Positions 1 through 9,217 of a DNA stretch of 64,000 bases are shown here, piece after piece. A program made the position numbers and the translations under genes. Source of the DNA: Thermoanaerobaculales bacterium (GTDB lineage Bacteria > Acidobacteriota > Thermoanaerobaculia > Thermoanaerobaculales > Sulfomarinibacteraceae); NCBI GenBank assembly GCA_035358815.1, contig DAOPQC010000001.1:481309-545308 (forward strand). Reading direction: 5' to 3'. Numbering within the stretch: position 1 is the first letter of the stretch; each line of letters opens with the position of its first letter. The notes under the pieces are model-generated. The model saw only the letters and a list, made by a program, of their open reading frames with translations. It was not told where the DNA came from and searched no databases.

Positions 1-435
1 GCGCCACGCCGCGTCGCCGGCGTGGGCGAGGAGGGTCAGCAGCTGGAGGTCCCTCAACTGCTGGACCGACAGCTGGTTCCCGGGCCGGCCCGACAGCTCC
101 TTGAGGCGCGGGAAGCGTGCGCTCTGGCGGGAGGTCATGTGGCTGGCCCACTCGCCAACCGTGGCACGTTGCCCGTGCGAGAGGTCCGCTGCTGGTGTCG
201 TCAACGCCTCGGCGACCGGGTCGATCACGTTCCCCTCTCGGTACGCGAGGAGCTGCTCGAGCAGGGTCGGCACGATGCTCACGACCTGGCCGCGCCCGGC
301 GGTGTCGGCGATGGCGCGGGCGAGCGTGAGATAGGCGCCGCCCGAGTGGAGCAGCACCCATGGTGCGTGCGCCACGCCGTCCGCGGTCCGGTAGGCGGGC
401 TGGTGCAGATGCCAGAGGAAGCTGATGTAGGCCAT
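1..435 (-). CDS. glycoside hydrolase family 57 protein, N-terminal part (runs off the left edge)
   Basis: My own reverse-strand translation from CAT at 433-435 gives MAYISFLWHLHQPAYRTADG..., with the WHxHQP motif typical of GH57 N-termini. It is not in the ORF track because it is truncated. The track ORF 22..714(+) is its antisense shadow. Confidence 0.6.
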   Translation of the reverse strand, partial: MAYISFLWHLHQPAYRTADGVAHAPWVLLHSGGAYLTLARAIADTAGRGQVVSIVPTLLEQLLAYREGNVIDPVAEALTTPAADLSHGQRATVGEWASHMTSRQSARFPRLKELSGRPGNQLSVQQLRDLQLLTLLAHAGDAAWR

Positions 436-453
436 GTCGGGGGTCGGGCGCGG

Positions 454-636
454 TCAGGAGTTCGGGTGGTAGCGGCCGTCCATCGACATCTCTTCGTAGT
501 CGCTCTCGGTGATGAACTGGGCCGGGTCTTCGTTGCCGCACAGCGCGCAGTGCGCCTCGACGAGGACCCCGTCCTTCCACTCGAAGATGTAGACGGGCGA
601 CTCGCACTCGAGGCAGATCACGTAATCCGGCGTCAT
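454..636 (-). CDS. small zinc-ribbon protein (60 aa), unknown function
   Basis: An internal ATG (634-636) gives MTPDYVICLECESPVYIFEWKDGVLVEAHCALCGNEDP..., with two CxxC pairs. It ends 18 nt upstream of the GH57 start. Confidence 0.5.
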   Translation of the reverse strand: MTPDYVICLECESPVYIFEWKDGVLVEAHCALCGNEDPAQFITESDYEEMSMDGRYHPNS

Positions 637-784
637 CGCGTCGGCCCTCCGCTGACGGGGGCGCTGCGCCCCTTCCACACGAACGCTAGCACAGCGGAGG
701 CTGGGTGGCGGTGACGGAGGTTGCGGGAGACGGGTGCGGCGAGCGCCGCCGCCGGCGCGGGTCCGGCTGCCGGCTTCGCTCACA

Positions 785-825
785 GCTTCGCCGTGACAGG
801 TCGCCTTTGGCTTCGCCGTGACAGG
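785..825. repeat. 16-bp direct repeat GCTTCGCCGTGACAGG x2 (785-800 and 810-825)
   Basis: Both copies are identical in the sequence. On the minus strand they read CCTGTCACGGCGAAGC just downstream of the SNF2 stop. They share the CTGTCAC motif with the heptad array at 35985-36015. Confidence 0.8.
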
Positions 826-849
826 AGTGGGCGGGGGCGGCCGCCGGCG

Positions 850-3606
850 CTAGGAAACCCGCTCGCATCCCACGACCCCGTCGCCCTCGATGTCGAGGTC
901 GAGGAGGGCTGCGAGCTCGCGCCGGCTGAGGCCGCGGACCAGCTCCTCGGTGGGCGACACGACCTCGTCGATGAGCCGGGTCTTGTTGCGGATCATGGCG
1001 TCGATCCGCTCCTCGATGGTGTCGCGCGCGATCAGCTTGAACACCTGGACGAAGCGCCGCTGTCCGAGACGATGGACGCGATCGGTGGCCTGGTTCTCCT
1101 TGGCAGGGTTCCACCAGCGGTCGTAGTGGATGACCACCGAGGCCCCGGTCAGGTCGATGCCCAGGCCGCCCGCGAGCAAGCTTGCCAGCAGCACTCGCTC
1201 GTGCTGCTCGGAGTTGAACCGGCGCACGATCCGGCTGCGGTCGCGGGTCTGGCCGGTCAGCACGAGGTGAGGGATGTCCCGCCGCTCGAGGTACCGGGCA
1301 AGCAGGTCGATCATCTTGACGTACTGCGAGAAGACGACCACCTGATGGTCGCCATCGAGGGCCTCCTCGAGGATCTGATCGAACACCTCGAGCTTCCCGG
1401 AGCGATCGGGCGACGAGGGACCGCTGGTCAGAAGCGCCGGGTGGTCGCACACCTGCTTGAGCCGGGTCAGCAGGGCGAAGATGTGCATGTAGGGGACCTC
1501 GCGGGACGGGTCGCGGAGCATGGCGGCGATCTCCGGCGCCTGCTGGGCATGGATGGACCGGTACAGGGCCTGCTGCTCCTCGGCAAGCCGGCAGTAGCGG
1601 AGGTCCTCCACCTTGTCGGGCAGGTCTGCCAGCACCTGCTCCTTGACCCGCCGCAGGGTGAGCGCCGACAGGCGTTGCCGCAGCCGGTGCAGCTGGTGGT
1701 GGGTCGGGGCTCGGTAGGATGCCCGGAAGTCCCGCTCCGAGCCCAGGTAGCCGGGCAGGATGAGGTCCACCACCGACCACAGCTCGAGCAGGCGGTTCTC
1801 GAGCGGCGTGCCGGTGAGAGCCACCCGGAACCCCGCCTCGACCTTGCGCGCGGCGCGGGCCGCCTTGGTGCGGGGGTTCTTGATCCGCTGCGCCTCATCG
1901 AAAACCGCCACCTCCCAACCGCGATGGCAGAGCTCGTCGGTCGCGCGCAGCAGGAGGTCGTAGGTCGTGAGCACCAGCTGGCCGCCGCGGTCCAGCCGCT
2001 CGAGCGTGCGCGATGGGCCGTGGAACACGACCACCGGGATGTCGGGGGCGTAGGCCTCGAGCAGCGTGCCCCAGTGCTCGAGGACGCCGCGCGGGCAGAC
2101 GACGAGCACGTTGCCCGAAGGCCGGCGCTCGCGGACCAGGCACAGCAGGCCCATGATCTGGTGGGTCTTGCCGAGGCCCATGTCGTCCGCGAGCAGGGCG
2201 CCGACGCCGGCCAGGTAGCGGCTCCACAGCCACGCGACCCCGTCACGCTGGTAGGGCCTCAGGCGCGATCGCAGCCCTGGCGGGTCGGGGATGCCCGGTG
2301 CGGCGGCCCCGAGGAGAATGTCGGCGAGGTGCCGGAGGTCGTCGTCACCGGCGACGACCGGCAGCCCGGACTCCGCGACCAGCCGGATGAAGCTCAACTG
2401 GTTGCCGAGCAGGCCCCTGTCGACGTGGGACCTCGGGAACCGGAAGCCGGTGCGCGTGATCGGGTGCAGGTCGGGGGCGCGCACGATGGAGTCGCCGACG
2501 TGTGCGAACCCCTCGTCGGCGATCGCGAGCGCCTGGGCCCAGTCGAGGTCGGTCCCCGCCGCACGAAAGTGGACCCGGATCCGGATGGTCCCGTTCGGGG
2601 TCCGCTCCGCCTCCAGGCTCGCCGGCTTCGGGAGCTCCGGGCCGCGGAAGGTCGCGAGCTGCCCCTGAGGGAGATACCACCCGTGTTGGCTGAGCTGGGG
2701 ATGGTCGAGGTTGAGGAAGCGCAGCGCTTCCTCCCCGGCGAGGGTCTGCCGCCCCTTCCGGTGGAAGGGGACCAGCGGGGTGGCCGGATCGAGCACGCGG
2801 CACAGCAGGTTTCCGATCCGGGCCCAGCGGCCGTGGATGCGGCCGTCGAGCTTGGCCGCCGGCAGCAGGTTCCCGTCCGCGAGCCGGTAGGCCGGCTCGA
2901 GCACGATGCCCTGGTCGGTCCACTGTGACGCGAGCACTGGCCGCAACCTGGCCTCGGACAGCTCGAGGCCGTCGAGCTCGCCCTCGAGCCGGATCCGAGG
3001 CAGGGAGCGCAGCAGCGGCAGGGCGGCTGGCAGCACGGTGGCCGAGAAGAACACGACGCGGGTGTCACCGGACGGCAGGCGGATGTGGATCTCGACGGTG
3101 CTGCCGACCAGCCTCGCCGAAGCGGTCCCCGAGCTCTGCAGAGACAGCTGCAGCTCGAGGGCAGACCGCAGGTCGGCGCCGGTGAGGTGGCTGAGGTCGA
3201 CCCGCTCGGCGGCGATGCGGCTGGGCGCGATGAAGGGGTGCCTGGACTTGGCGCGCCAAGCTGACCCCGGACCGAGCCGGTGCATGGTCGGGCGGATGTC
3301 GAGCCACTGCATCAGCGCTGCGGCGGTGTGGTGGCAAGGCTCGGGACCGCCGCAAACGGTGCACAGGCTCTGCAGCGGACCGTCCGGCTCCGGCGCCGGG
3401 ATCTTGACCGTGCACTCCGGCTGGATCAACGCCGCCTCGACGTAGTCGCCGCGCCAGACGATCTTCATGACGCGGCGGTCTTGGTAGAGGTGGTACCCGC
3501 GCTCCGCCGCATCCCGCTGCAGCATGCCGAGGATCTGCCCGCGGTTGATGCGGAACAGACTCCCCGCACTGCCGCCCAGCTCGGGCGGGGGGAGCGTGTC
3601 AGCCAT
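850..3606 (-). CDS. SNF2-family DEAD/DEAH helicase with N-terminal SWIM zinc finger
   Basis: 918 aa. Motifs: LADDMGLGKT (motif I), DEAQRIKN (motif II), QATDRVHRLGQ (motif VI), and CTVCGGPEPCHH, a SWIM-like CxC..CxH. Confidence 0.85.
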   Translation of the reverse strand: MADTLPPPELGGSAGSLFRINRGQILGMLQRDAAERGYHLYQDRRVMKIVWRGDYVEAALIQPECTVKIPAPEPDGPLQSLCTVCGGPEPCHHTAAALMQWLDIRPTMHRLGPGSAWRAKSRHPFIAPSRIAAERVDLSHLTGADLRSALELQLSLQSSGTASARLVGSTVEIHIRLPSGDTRVVFFSATVLPAALPLLRSLPRIRLEGELDGLELSEARLRPVLASQWTDQGIVLEPAYRLADGNLLPAAKLDGRIHGRWARIGNLLCRVLDPATPLVPFHRKGRQTLAGEEALRFLNLDHPQLSQHGWYLPQGQLATFRGPELPKPASLEAERTPNGTIRIRVHFRAAGTDLDWAQALAIADEGFAHVGDSIVRAPDLHPITRTGFRFPRSHVDRGLLGNQLSFIRLVAESGLPVVAGDDDLRHLADILLGAAAPGIPDPPGLRSRLRPYQRDGVAWLWSRYLAGVGALLADDMGLGKTHQIMGLLCLVRERRPSGNVLVVCPRGVLEHWGTLLEAYAPDIPVVVFHGPSRTLERLDRGGQLVLTTYDLLLRATDELCHRGWEVAVFDEAQRIKNPRTKAARAARKVEAGFRVALTGTPLENRLLELWSVVDLILPGYLGSERDFRASYRAPTHHQLHRLRQRLSALTLRRVKEQVLADLPDKVEDLRYCRLAEEQQALYRSIHAQQAPEIAAMLRDPSREVPYMHIFALLTRLKQVCDHPALLTSGPSSPDRSGKLEVFDQILEEALDGDHQVVVFSQYVKMIDLLARYLERRDIPHLVLTGQTRDRSRIVRRFNSEQHERVLLASLLAGGLGIDLTGASVVIHYDRWWNPAKENQATDRVHRLGQRRFVQVFKLIARDTIEERIDAMIRNKTRLIDEVVSPTEELVRGLSRRELAALLDLDIEGDGVVGCERVS

Positions 3607-4007
3607 GGCCCGCCATCTTAGCAGGACGGTGCTCGGCGCGAGCGCGGCTCCGCCAGGCGCGCGGCCGCCGCCTCCGGGCAGGCGCGGGCTGGGGCCGGAC
3701 GGCCCGCCGCCAAGCGCAGGATGGTCCTCGAGCGGGGCGGGTCGAGGCGGCGACCAGGCGCGGAGCCGATACGGGCCAGCGACTGGGGCGACGCGTCGGC
3801 GCCCGCGGCCGCTGCGCCGGGCCAGCCCCCGGCGTCAGGCACCCGGGGAGCCCGGTCAGGGAGCACAGGCCTGCACGCGGATGGTGCGCCGCGGCATGGC
3901 AGCGCGTCGGGTGGAGAAGAACCCGCGCAGATAAGTGATTTTCTAGCAACATTTACACAGATAATGATAATGTACGCATAATATTCTGGAAATTCTTCCG
4001 TCAAGAC

Positions 4008-4036
4008 TTGACAATTTACATATCAGATCTTATATT
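4008..4036 (+). promoter_or_regulatory. sigma70-type promoter TTGACA-17 nt-TATATT upstream of hsp20
   Basis: TTGACA at 4008-4013, a 17-nt spacer, then TATATT at 4031-4036. It lies inside an AT-rich island of about 125 bp (3933-4060) and 35 nt upstream of the hsp20 ATG. Confidence 0.6.
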
Positions 4037-4070
4037 GACGACGTGTGAGATGAACGAAGGGAGGTGCGAC

Positions 4071-4532
4071 ATGCGCACACTGACTCGTTGGGAGCCGATC
4101 AACGACATCACCAGTCTGAGCCAGCGGATGGACCGGGTGTTCGAGGAGCTGATGGGCCGCGGGCTGCGCCGGATCGGGGACGAGGACCGGCTGCGCGGCA
4201 GCTGGTCACCCGCCGTCAACATCCTGGAGAAGAAGGACGCCATCGTGATCACGGCCGACCTGCCGGGCCTGAAGGCCGAGGATGTGGAGATCACGGTCGA
4301 CAACGGCGTGTTGACGATCCGCGGTGAGCGCCGCCTCGAGGAGGCGGCGGACGGGGAGACCTACCACCGCGTCGAGCGGGTCTACGGCATGTTCGAGCGC
4401 ACGTTCACGCTGCCGAACTCGGTCGACGTGAACAAGATCGACGCCAAGTTCCGCAATGGCGAGATGGTGGTGACCCTGCCCAAGCGCGAGGAGTCGAAGC
4501 CGCGCGCGGTCAAGGTCGCCATCGAGTCCTGA
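4071..4532 (+). CDS. Hsp20/alpha-crystallin family small heat shock protein
   Basis: Alpha-crystallin domain: AVNILEKKDAIVITADLPGLKAEDVEITVDNGVLTIRGER...FERTFTLP. The ATG at 4071 is preceded by GGGAGG. The longer track ORF from 4008 runs through the promoter. Confidence 0.85.
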   Translation: MRTLTRWEPINDITSLSQRMDRVFEELMGRGLRRIGDEDRLRGSWSPAVNILEKKDAIVITADLPGLKAEDVEITVDNGVLTIRGERRLEEAADGETYHRVERVYGMFERTFTLPNSVDVNKIDAKFRNGEMVVTLPKREESKPRAVKVAIES

Positions 4533-4562
4533 TCGGCTCAGAGGGCGTTCCGGAGAAGGGCG

Positions 4563-4588
4563 GGCCCCGGGGGCTGATCCCCGGGGCC
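4563..4588. terminator. 10-bp GC hairpin between convergent hsp20 and the nuclease gene
   Basis: GGCCCCGGGG-gctgat-CCCCGGGGCC. There is no clear U-tract on either side. Confidence 0.4.
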
Positions 4589-4606
4589 TCGCCGTGTCGC
4601 CGTGGG

Positions 4607-5467
4607 TCAGCCGTCCTGGGGTCTGGCTGCGGTCCCGAGCGGAGGCCAGCCCCTGTCGGCCGCGAGGCGCAGGCCTCCGGACAGCTCGGCAGGCACCCGC
4701 GCCTCCGGGCAAATCGCGTTCAACCCGCACCACGCGCAGAGGACCGAGGGCCGCGCCGGAAACTCGGCGGCGTCCCTGGCAGCCCGCGCCAGCTCTCCGA
4801 AGCGGTGGAGGTGGCCGTCCGCCCGGGTGCGGCTCACGAGGTGCCAGCTGGTCCTGCCGGAGCGCAGGTAGTGGTACCCCGCGAGAGCCTCGGCCTCGTC
4901 GTGCAGCCGGATCGCGCAGCCGGCGTACAGCTGCGCCTGCAGGCCCTCCGAGAACTCGTCCGGTGTGCCCGGAGAACGTGAGGTCTTGTAGTCGACGATG
5001 AACAGGCGCCCGCCGGGGATGCGTCCGATCCGATCGGCAACGCCGGTGAACTGGATGTCGGGCGCGAGCTGCATCGTGAGCCTGGCCTCGAGGGCGATGG
5101 TCTCGCTGCGGTCCCGCGCGAAGGTCGATCGGTGGAACAGCGACAGCATCTCGCGCCCCAACCGGAGGGCGCCGTCGGCGCTGTCCGCGGCCCGAACCAC
5201 GGCCACGTCCTCGGTCCAGCCCGCGCCCCAACGTCTCGCGAGCTCTTCGAGCGCGGCGGGCAGGGCGGGGCCCTCCGCCCGGTCGCGCCGCTCGTACAGC
5301 CATTCAACCACCGCGTGCAGCGTGCTGCCGAGATAGGTCTCGATCGAGCGGAACGCCTCGCGCCGCCCCTCCACGTAGCGGAATCGGTAGCGCAGCGGGC
5401 ACTGGGCGAACGTCTTGACGCGGGAGAAGGAGTACTGGTGTCGAGGCGTCGGCGACAGCGTGGCCAC
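4607..5467 (-). CDS. PD-(D/E)XK nuclease, Cas4/RecB-like, with a 4-Cys cluster
   Basis: Motifs: FSRVKTFAQCPLRYRF, LFIVDYKTS (D..D-x-K core), and C-terminal CAWCGLNAICPE. The start was trimmed to GTG 5465-5467, downstream of the neighbouring gene. The track ORF extends to 6064 across Nif3. Confidence 0.65.
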   Translation of the reverse strand: MATLSPTPRHQYSFSRVKTFAQCPLRYRFRYVEGRREAFRSIETYLGSTLHAVVEWLYERRDRAEGPALPAALEELARRWGAGWTEDVAVVRAADSADGALRLGREMLSLFHRSTFARDRSETIALEARLTMQLAPDIQFTGVADRIGRIPGGRLFIVDYKTSRSPGTPDEFSEGLQAQLYAGCAIRLHDEAEALAGYHYLRSGRTSWHLVSRTRADGHLHRFGELARAARDAAEFPARPSVLCAWCGLNAICPEARVPAELSGGLRLAADRGWPPLGTAARPQDG

Positions 5468-5505
5468 GCTCGGCAGTGTAGTCGAGCCGGTCTCCCGGCG
5501 ACTGG

Positions 5506-6264
5506 CTAGACCGGGTTCGGCAGGTCGACGAACTCGACCTCCAGCCCGTGATGCTGCTCGAGCCAGCGGCCAAGGGCCAGCACGCCGAAGCGCTCGGTGG
5601 CGTAGTGGCCGGCTGCGATGTAGTGCACACCGTCCTCGGCGGCCTGGTGGAGCACCCACTCGGTCGGCTCTCCGGTGATGAAGGCGTCGAGGCCGGAGGT
5701 GACCGCCTCCCGATACGCGCGCTGCGCCGCGCCGGTGACGATGCCGACGGACGACACCAGCCGGCGGTCGCCTTCGAAGACCTGGGGCTCGCGGCCGCAC
5801 GCGCCGGCGACCGCCACGAACAGCTCCTCCGCCTCGACCGGCTCGGCGAACACACCGCACACGCCCACCGAGACGCCGCTGAGCTCGCCGAACGGCTCGA
5901 GCTCGACCAGGCCGAGCCGGTTGGCGAGCTGCGCCGCATTGCCGAGCTCGGGGTGGCGGTCGAGGGGCAGGTGGTAGGCGATCAGCGACATCCGATGCTC
6001 GATCAGCAGGCGCAGCCGCTCGCGCAGCGATCCGACGATCCGCGGTGCCTCGGGGCCATTCCACAGGACCCCGTGGTGAACCAGGACCGCGTCGGCGTCG
6101 CGGTCGACGGCGCGGGTGAAGAGGGCCCGCGACGCCGACACACCGGTGATCAGGCGGCCGACGTCCGGCCGCCCCTCGACCTGGAGGCCATTCGGGCAGG
6201 AGTCGTTCACGGCCTCGACGTCGAGGACCTCGTCGAGCTCGGCGACCAGCTGGAGCAGATTCAT
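5506..6264 (-). CDS. Nif3-like dinuclear metal centre protein (GTP cyclohydrolase I type 2 homologue)
   Basis: MNLLQLVAELDEVLDVEAVNDSCPNGLQVEG...LVHHGVLW...AAGHYATERFG. Start at ATG 6262-6264. Confidence 0.8.
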   Translation of the reverse strand: MNLLQLVAELDEVLDVEAVNDSCPNGLQVEGRPDVGRLITGVSASRALFTRAVDRDADAVLVHHGVLWNGPEAPRIVGSLRERLRLLIEHRMSLIAYHLPLDRHPELGNAAQLANRLGLVELEPFGELSGVSVGVCGVFAEPVEAEELFVAVAGACGREPQVFEGDRRLVSSVGIVTGAAQRAYREAVTSGLDAFITGEPTEWVLHQAAEDGVHYIAAGHYATERFGVLALGRWLEQHHGLEVEFVDLPNPV

Positions 6265-6332
6265 GAGGCCATGGTAGCGCATGGCTGGCGCCGCGGCGGG
6301 CTCCCGGCCGCCTCCTCCCTTATACTGTCGCA

Positions 6333-7079
6333 ATGGTGACGACCACCGACGACCGCGCGGCGGTGTGTCCACACTGCGGCGGCACCGGCTGGCGGCTCGT
6401 CGACGAGGCCGGCACGCAGCTCGCGAGGCGATGCGACTGCGCCGAGTCGGCGCGGCGGGGGCAGCTGCTCGAGCGGGCCGGCATACCGGCGCGCTACCGG
6501 CACTGCATGCTCGGCAACTTCGAGCTCTGGAACCCCGAGGACCCGACCCTCGGCCGCGCGAGGCGGGCCGTCGAGGAGTTCGTCAACCTCTACCCCGAGT
6601 CCGGGAAGGGCCTGCTGCTCATGGGGGCGGTGGGCACCGGCAAGACCCACCTCGCGGTCGCGGCGCTTCACTCGCTGATCGTCGACAAGGGGGCGAGAGG
6701 GCGGTTCGCCGACTTCACGACCCTGGTCCTGGAGATCCAGATGACCTTCGACGGGTCGGGCTCGAGCCGCGACATCCTGCGTCCGCTCATCGACGCCGAC
6801 GTGCTGGTGCTCGATGAGCTTGGAGCAGGCAAGGTGACCCCGTGGGTGATGGACCTGCTGTACTACCTGGTCAACAGCCGCTACGTGCACGATCGGCTCA
6901 CCATCTTCACCACCAACTACTCCGACTTCGCCCACACTGCGGGCGCGGAGACGCTGACCGATCGGGTGTCGGCGCGGATCCGGTCCCGGCTGTTCGAGAT
7001 GTGCCGGCGGCTCGAGCTGCGCGGCGGTGACTACCGGCGATTCCAGCTCGCCGAGGCCTCGGAGCGGAGCACTCCGTGA
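6333..7079 (+). CDS. DnaC/DnaI/IstB-like AAA+ ATPase with N-terminal Cys motif
   Basis: Walker A GAVGTGKTHL, Walker B VLVLDELG, and N-terminal CPHCGGTGW...CDC. Confidence 0.7.
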   Translation: MVTTTDDRAAVCPHCGGTGWRLVDEAGTQLARRCDCAESARRGQLLERAGIPARYRHCMLGNFELWNPEDPTLGRARRAVEEFVNLYPESGKGLLLMGAVGTGKTHLAVAALHSLIVDKGARGRFADFTTLVLEIQMTFDGSGSSRDILRPLIDADVLVLDELGAGKVTPWVMDLLYYLVNSRYVHDRLTIFTTNYSDFAHTAGAETLTDRVSARIRSRLFEMCRRLELRGGDYRRFQLAEASERSTP

Positions 7080-9175
7080 TGCGGCTCGCGGCCGGCGCGG
7101 TCGGCGCGCTGCTCGCTCTGACAGGCTGCGCCACCGCGCCGTCGCCGGCCCCGCCGCCGACCACGCCGTCGCCCGCGCCGACCCGTCCGTCGGCGGTGGC
7201 GGCGCCGCCGCAGCTGCCGACGCCACCGGCGCCCGCGTTCAAGCCCGACGCCCACACCGATCCGCCGTTGATCCGGGTCCTCATCGCCAGGACGCGCGAG
7301 GGGGTCGAGCTGGCCCAGCCCGGCCGCGCCTACCGACTGCGCCTGGCGGAGGACCGCGAGAGCTGGCTGTTCGGCCCGCTGCGCCTGGCTGCGGTGCCGG
7401 GCGGCCGGTCGTGGCAGGTCGGTGCCTTCCGCGGCGCCGCGGCCGCCGACGCCGCGGCCCGCCGGATCGAGGCCGCGCTGGGAGGAGACGTCACGGGCAG
7501 CGTGACCGAAGCGCCGGACGGGCTGCTGCGGGTGCGAGCGCGGTGGCGGGGTGCCGAGCCGGCCGACCCGGCGGCGGTGCTCGCCGGCGCCGGCTTCCCG
7601 GGCGCGTTCGCTGTGACCGCGCCCGGCCTGCTCCGCGTCGAGGGATCGAACGGGGTGATCGACGAGATCGCCGGCGAGGTCGTCGTCGACGCCGAGGACG
7701 GCTGGCCGATCGCGGTTGACGGAGGGCACTACCACGGCCGGCTCCGGGTGCGAGTCGCGACCGACGAGGTTCTGGTCATCAACCAGCTCAACCTGGAGAG
7801 CTACCTGAGGGGCGTGGTGCCGGCAGAGATGGGGCCGGTGCAGTTCCCGCAGCTCGACGCGCTCAAGGCGCAGGCGGTGGCGGCGCGCACCTATGCGATC
7901 GCCCACCTCGGCGATGCCGAGGCCGAGGGCTACGACCTCTGTGCGACCCCGGCCTGCCAGGTGTACGCCGGCGCCGACGCTCAGCACCCGCTTTCCGACC
8001 GGGCGGTGGACGAGACCGCCGGCCTGATCGCCGTCTTCGGGGGCGAGCCGATCGACGCGATGTACACCTCGACCTGCGGTGGCCACACCGAGGATGCGGC
8101 GCTGCTGTTCGAGGGCCGCGCCCAGCCGTACCTGCGGGGCGTGCCCTGCGCCTGGGACCGGCCGCTCGAGCTCCTCGGCAGCGGCGAGCCGCAGCGGTTC
8201 CACGGCGAGTCCGAGTTCCGCGCCCACCTCGCGTCCCGGGCACTCGGGCTTCCCTCCGAGGCCGAGCCGCAGCAGGTGGTGGCGCGAGTGGCCGCGGCGT
8301 GCGGAGGCCGGATGGTGGCCGGCGGACGGCAGGCGGGTCCGGACGAGCTCGCCGCTGCCCTGATCGCGGCCGGCGGGCTGGACGGCGCGACGGCGCTGGT
8401 CGACGGTCAAGGCGCCGCGGCGTTGGCCGAGCTCGCGGACCTCTACGACATCCCGCTCGAGGTCCCGGAGGCGGACGTCCGCCGGCACGGCTGGCAGCTG
8501 CGGGCGGCGCTGGCGGTGCTCGAGCTGCGGGGCGTGGTGCGGCGCGACGCCGGCGAGGCGGTGCCGCATCCGGCCGGCGTCGCCATCTTCCCCCGCAACG
8601 CGCCCGGCTCCGAGCCCTTGCCGCAGCCGCTCCCGCTCTACCGCCGGTGGACGCCGGTGTGGAGCAGCGAGGCGGCGCTCACCGTCCTGCCGGGGACTGC
8701 CCTCGAGCGCTACCGGCTGGGCGATCGGCTGCTCGCCGTGGTCGCCGTGCAGTCGGGCGGCGGCGGCCTCGCCGACCGGCGCTCGGCGTGGCGCAGCTGG
8801 TACCGCGACCGGACCTGGGAGGAGGTCGCCCGCGGCCTCGGAGTGCCCGACCTGGAGCGCCTCGAGATCACCAGCCGCGGCCCGTCCGGGCGGGTCGTCG
8901 GCCTGAAGGCTGTCGGCCGCTCGGGTGCCGAGAAGGCGTTCGAGGGGTTCCCGATCCGGCGCGCCCTCGACCTTCCCGAGAACCTGTTCAGCTTCCACGT
9001 GACGACGGCGCCCGACGGCACGAAGACGGTGCGCTTCCTGGGCCGCGCCTGGGGCCACGGTGTCGGGCTCTGCCAGAACGGCGCCTTCGGGCTCGCCCGC
9101 TCGGGCATGACGTTCGAGGAGATCCTCAAGCACTACTACACGGGGATCGAGCTCGTGCGATGGGAAGGGAAGTAG
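7076..9175 (+). CDS. SpoIID/LytB-domain lipoprotein
   Basis: Lipobox LALTGCA. SpoIID motifs AQAVAARTYA, CATPACQVY, YTSTCGGHTE and GHGVGLCQNGA. Its ATGA overlaps the upstream gene. Confidence 0.8.
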   Translation: MMRLAAGAVGALLALTGCATAPSPAPPPTTPSPAPTRPSAVAAPPQLPTPPAPAFKPDAHTDPPLIRVLIARTREGVELAQPGRAYRLRLAEDRESWLFGPLRLAAVPGGRSWQVGAFRGAAAADAAARRIEAALGGDVTGSVTEAPDGLLRVRARWRGAEPADPAAVLAGAGFPGAFAVTAPGLLRVEGSNGVIDEIAGEVVVDAEDGWPIAVDGGHYHGRLRVRVATDEVLVINQLNLESYLRGVVPAEMGPVQFPQLDALKAQAVAARTYAIAHLGDAEAEGYDLCATPACQVYAGADAQHPLSDRAVDETAGLIAVFGGEPIDAMYTSTCGGHTEDAALLFEGRAQPYLRGVPCAWDRPLELLGSGEPQRFHGESEFRAHLASRALGLPSEAEPQQVVARVAAACGGRMVAGGRQAGPDELAAALIAAGGLDGATALVDGQGAAALAELADLYDIPLEVPEADVRRHGWQLRAALAVLELRGVVRRDAGEAVPHPAGVAIFPRNAPGSEPLPQPLPLYRRWTPVWSSEAALTVLPGTALERYRLGDRLLAVVAVQSGGGGLADRRSAWRSWYRDRTWEEVARGLGVPDLERLEITSRGPSGRVVGLKAVGRSGAEKAFEGFPIRRALDLPENLFSFHVTTAPDGTKTVRFLGRAWGHGVGLCQNGAFGLARSGMTFEEILKHYYTGIELVRWEGK

Positions 9176-9199
9176 GGGAGAGGGGTCAGGGGCAAGGGG
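9175..9199 (+). repeat. 7-bp periodic G-tract array (GGGGnnn)x4, a canonical G-quadruplex motif, starting in the stop codon
   Basis: taGGGGagaGGGGtcaGGGGcaaGGGG. The first G is the last base of the SpoIID TAG (9173-9175). Confidence 0.9.
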
Positions 9200-9217
9200 A
9201 AAGGCAGCTCCTGTCCG

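Noticed and set aside
22-714. Plus-strand ORF of 230 aa at the left edge.
   Set aside because: It is antisense to a GH57 N-terminus (FLWHLHQP) and to the zinc-ribbon gene, and its composition looks like shadow-frame sequence.
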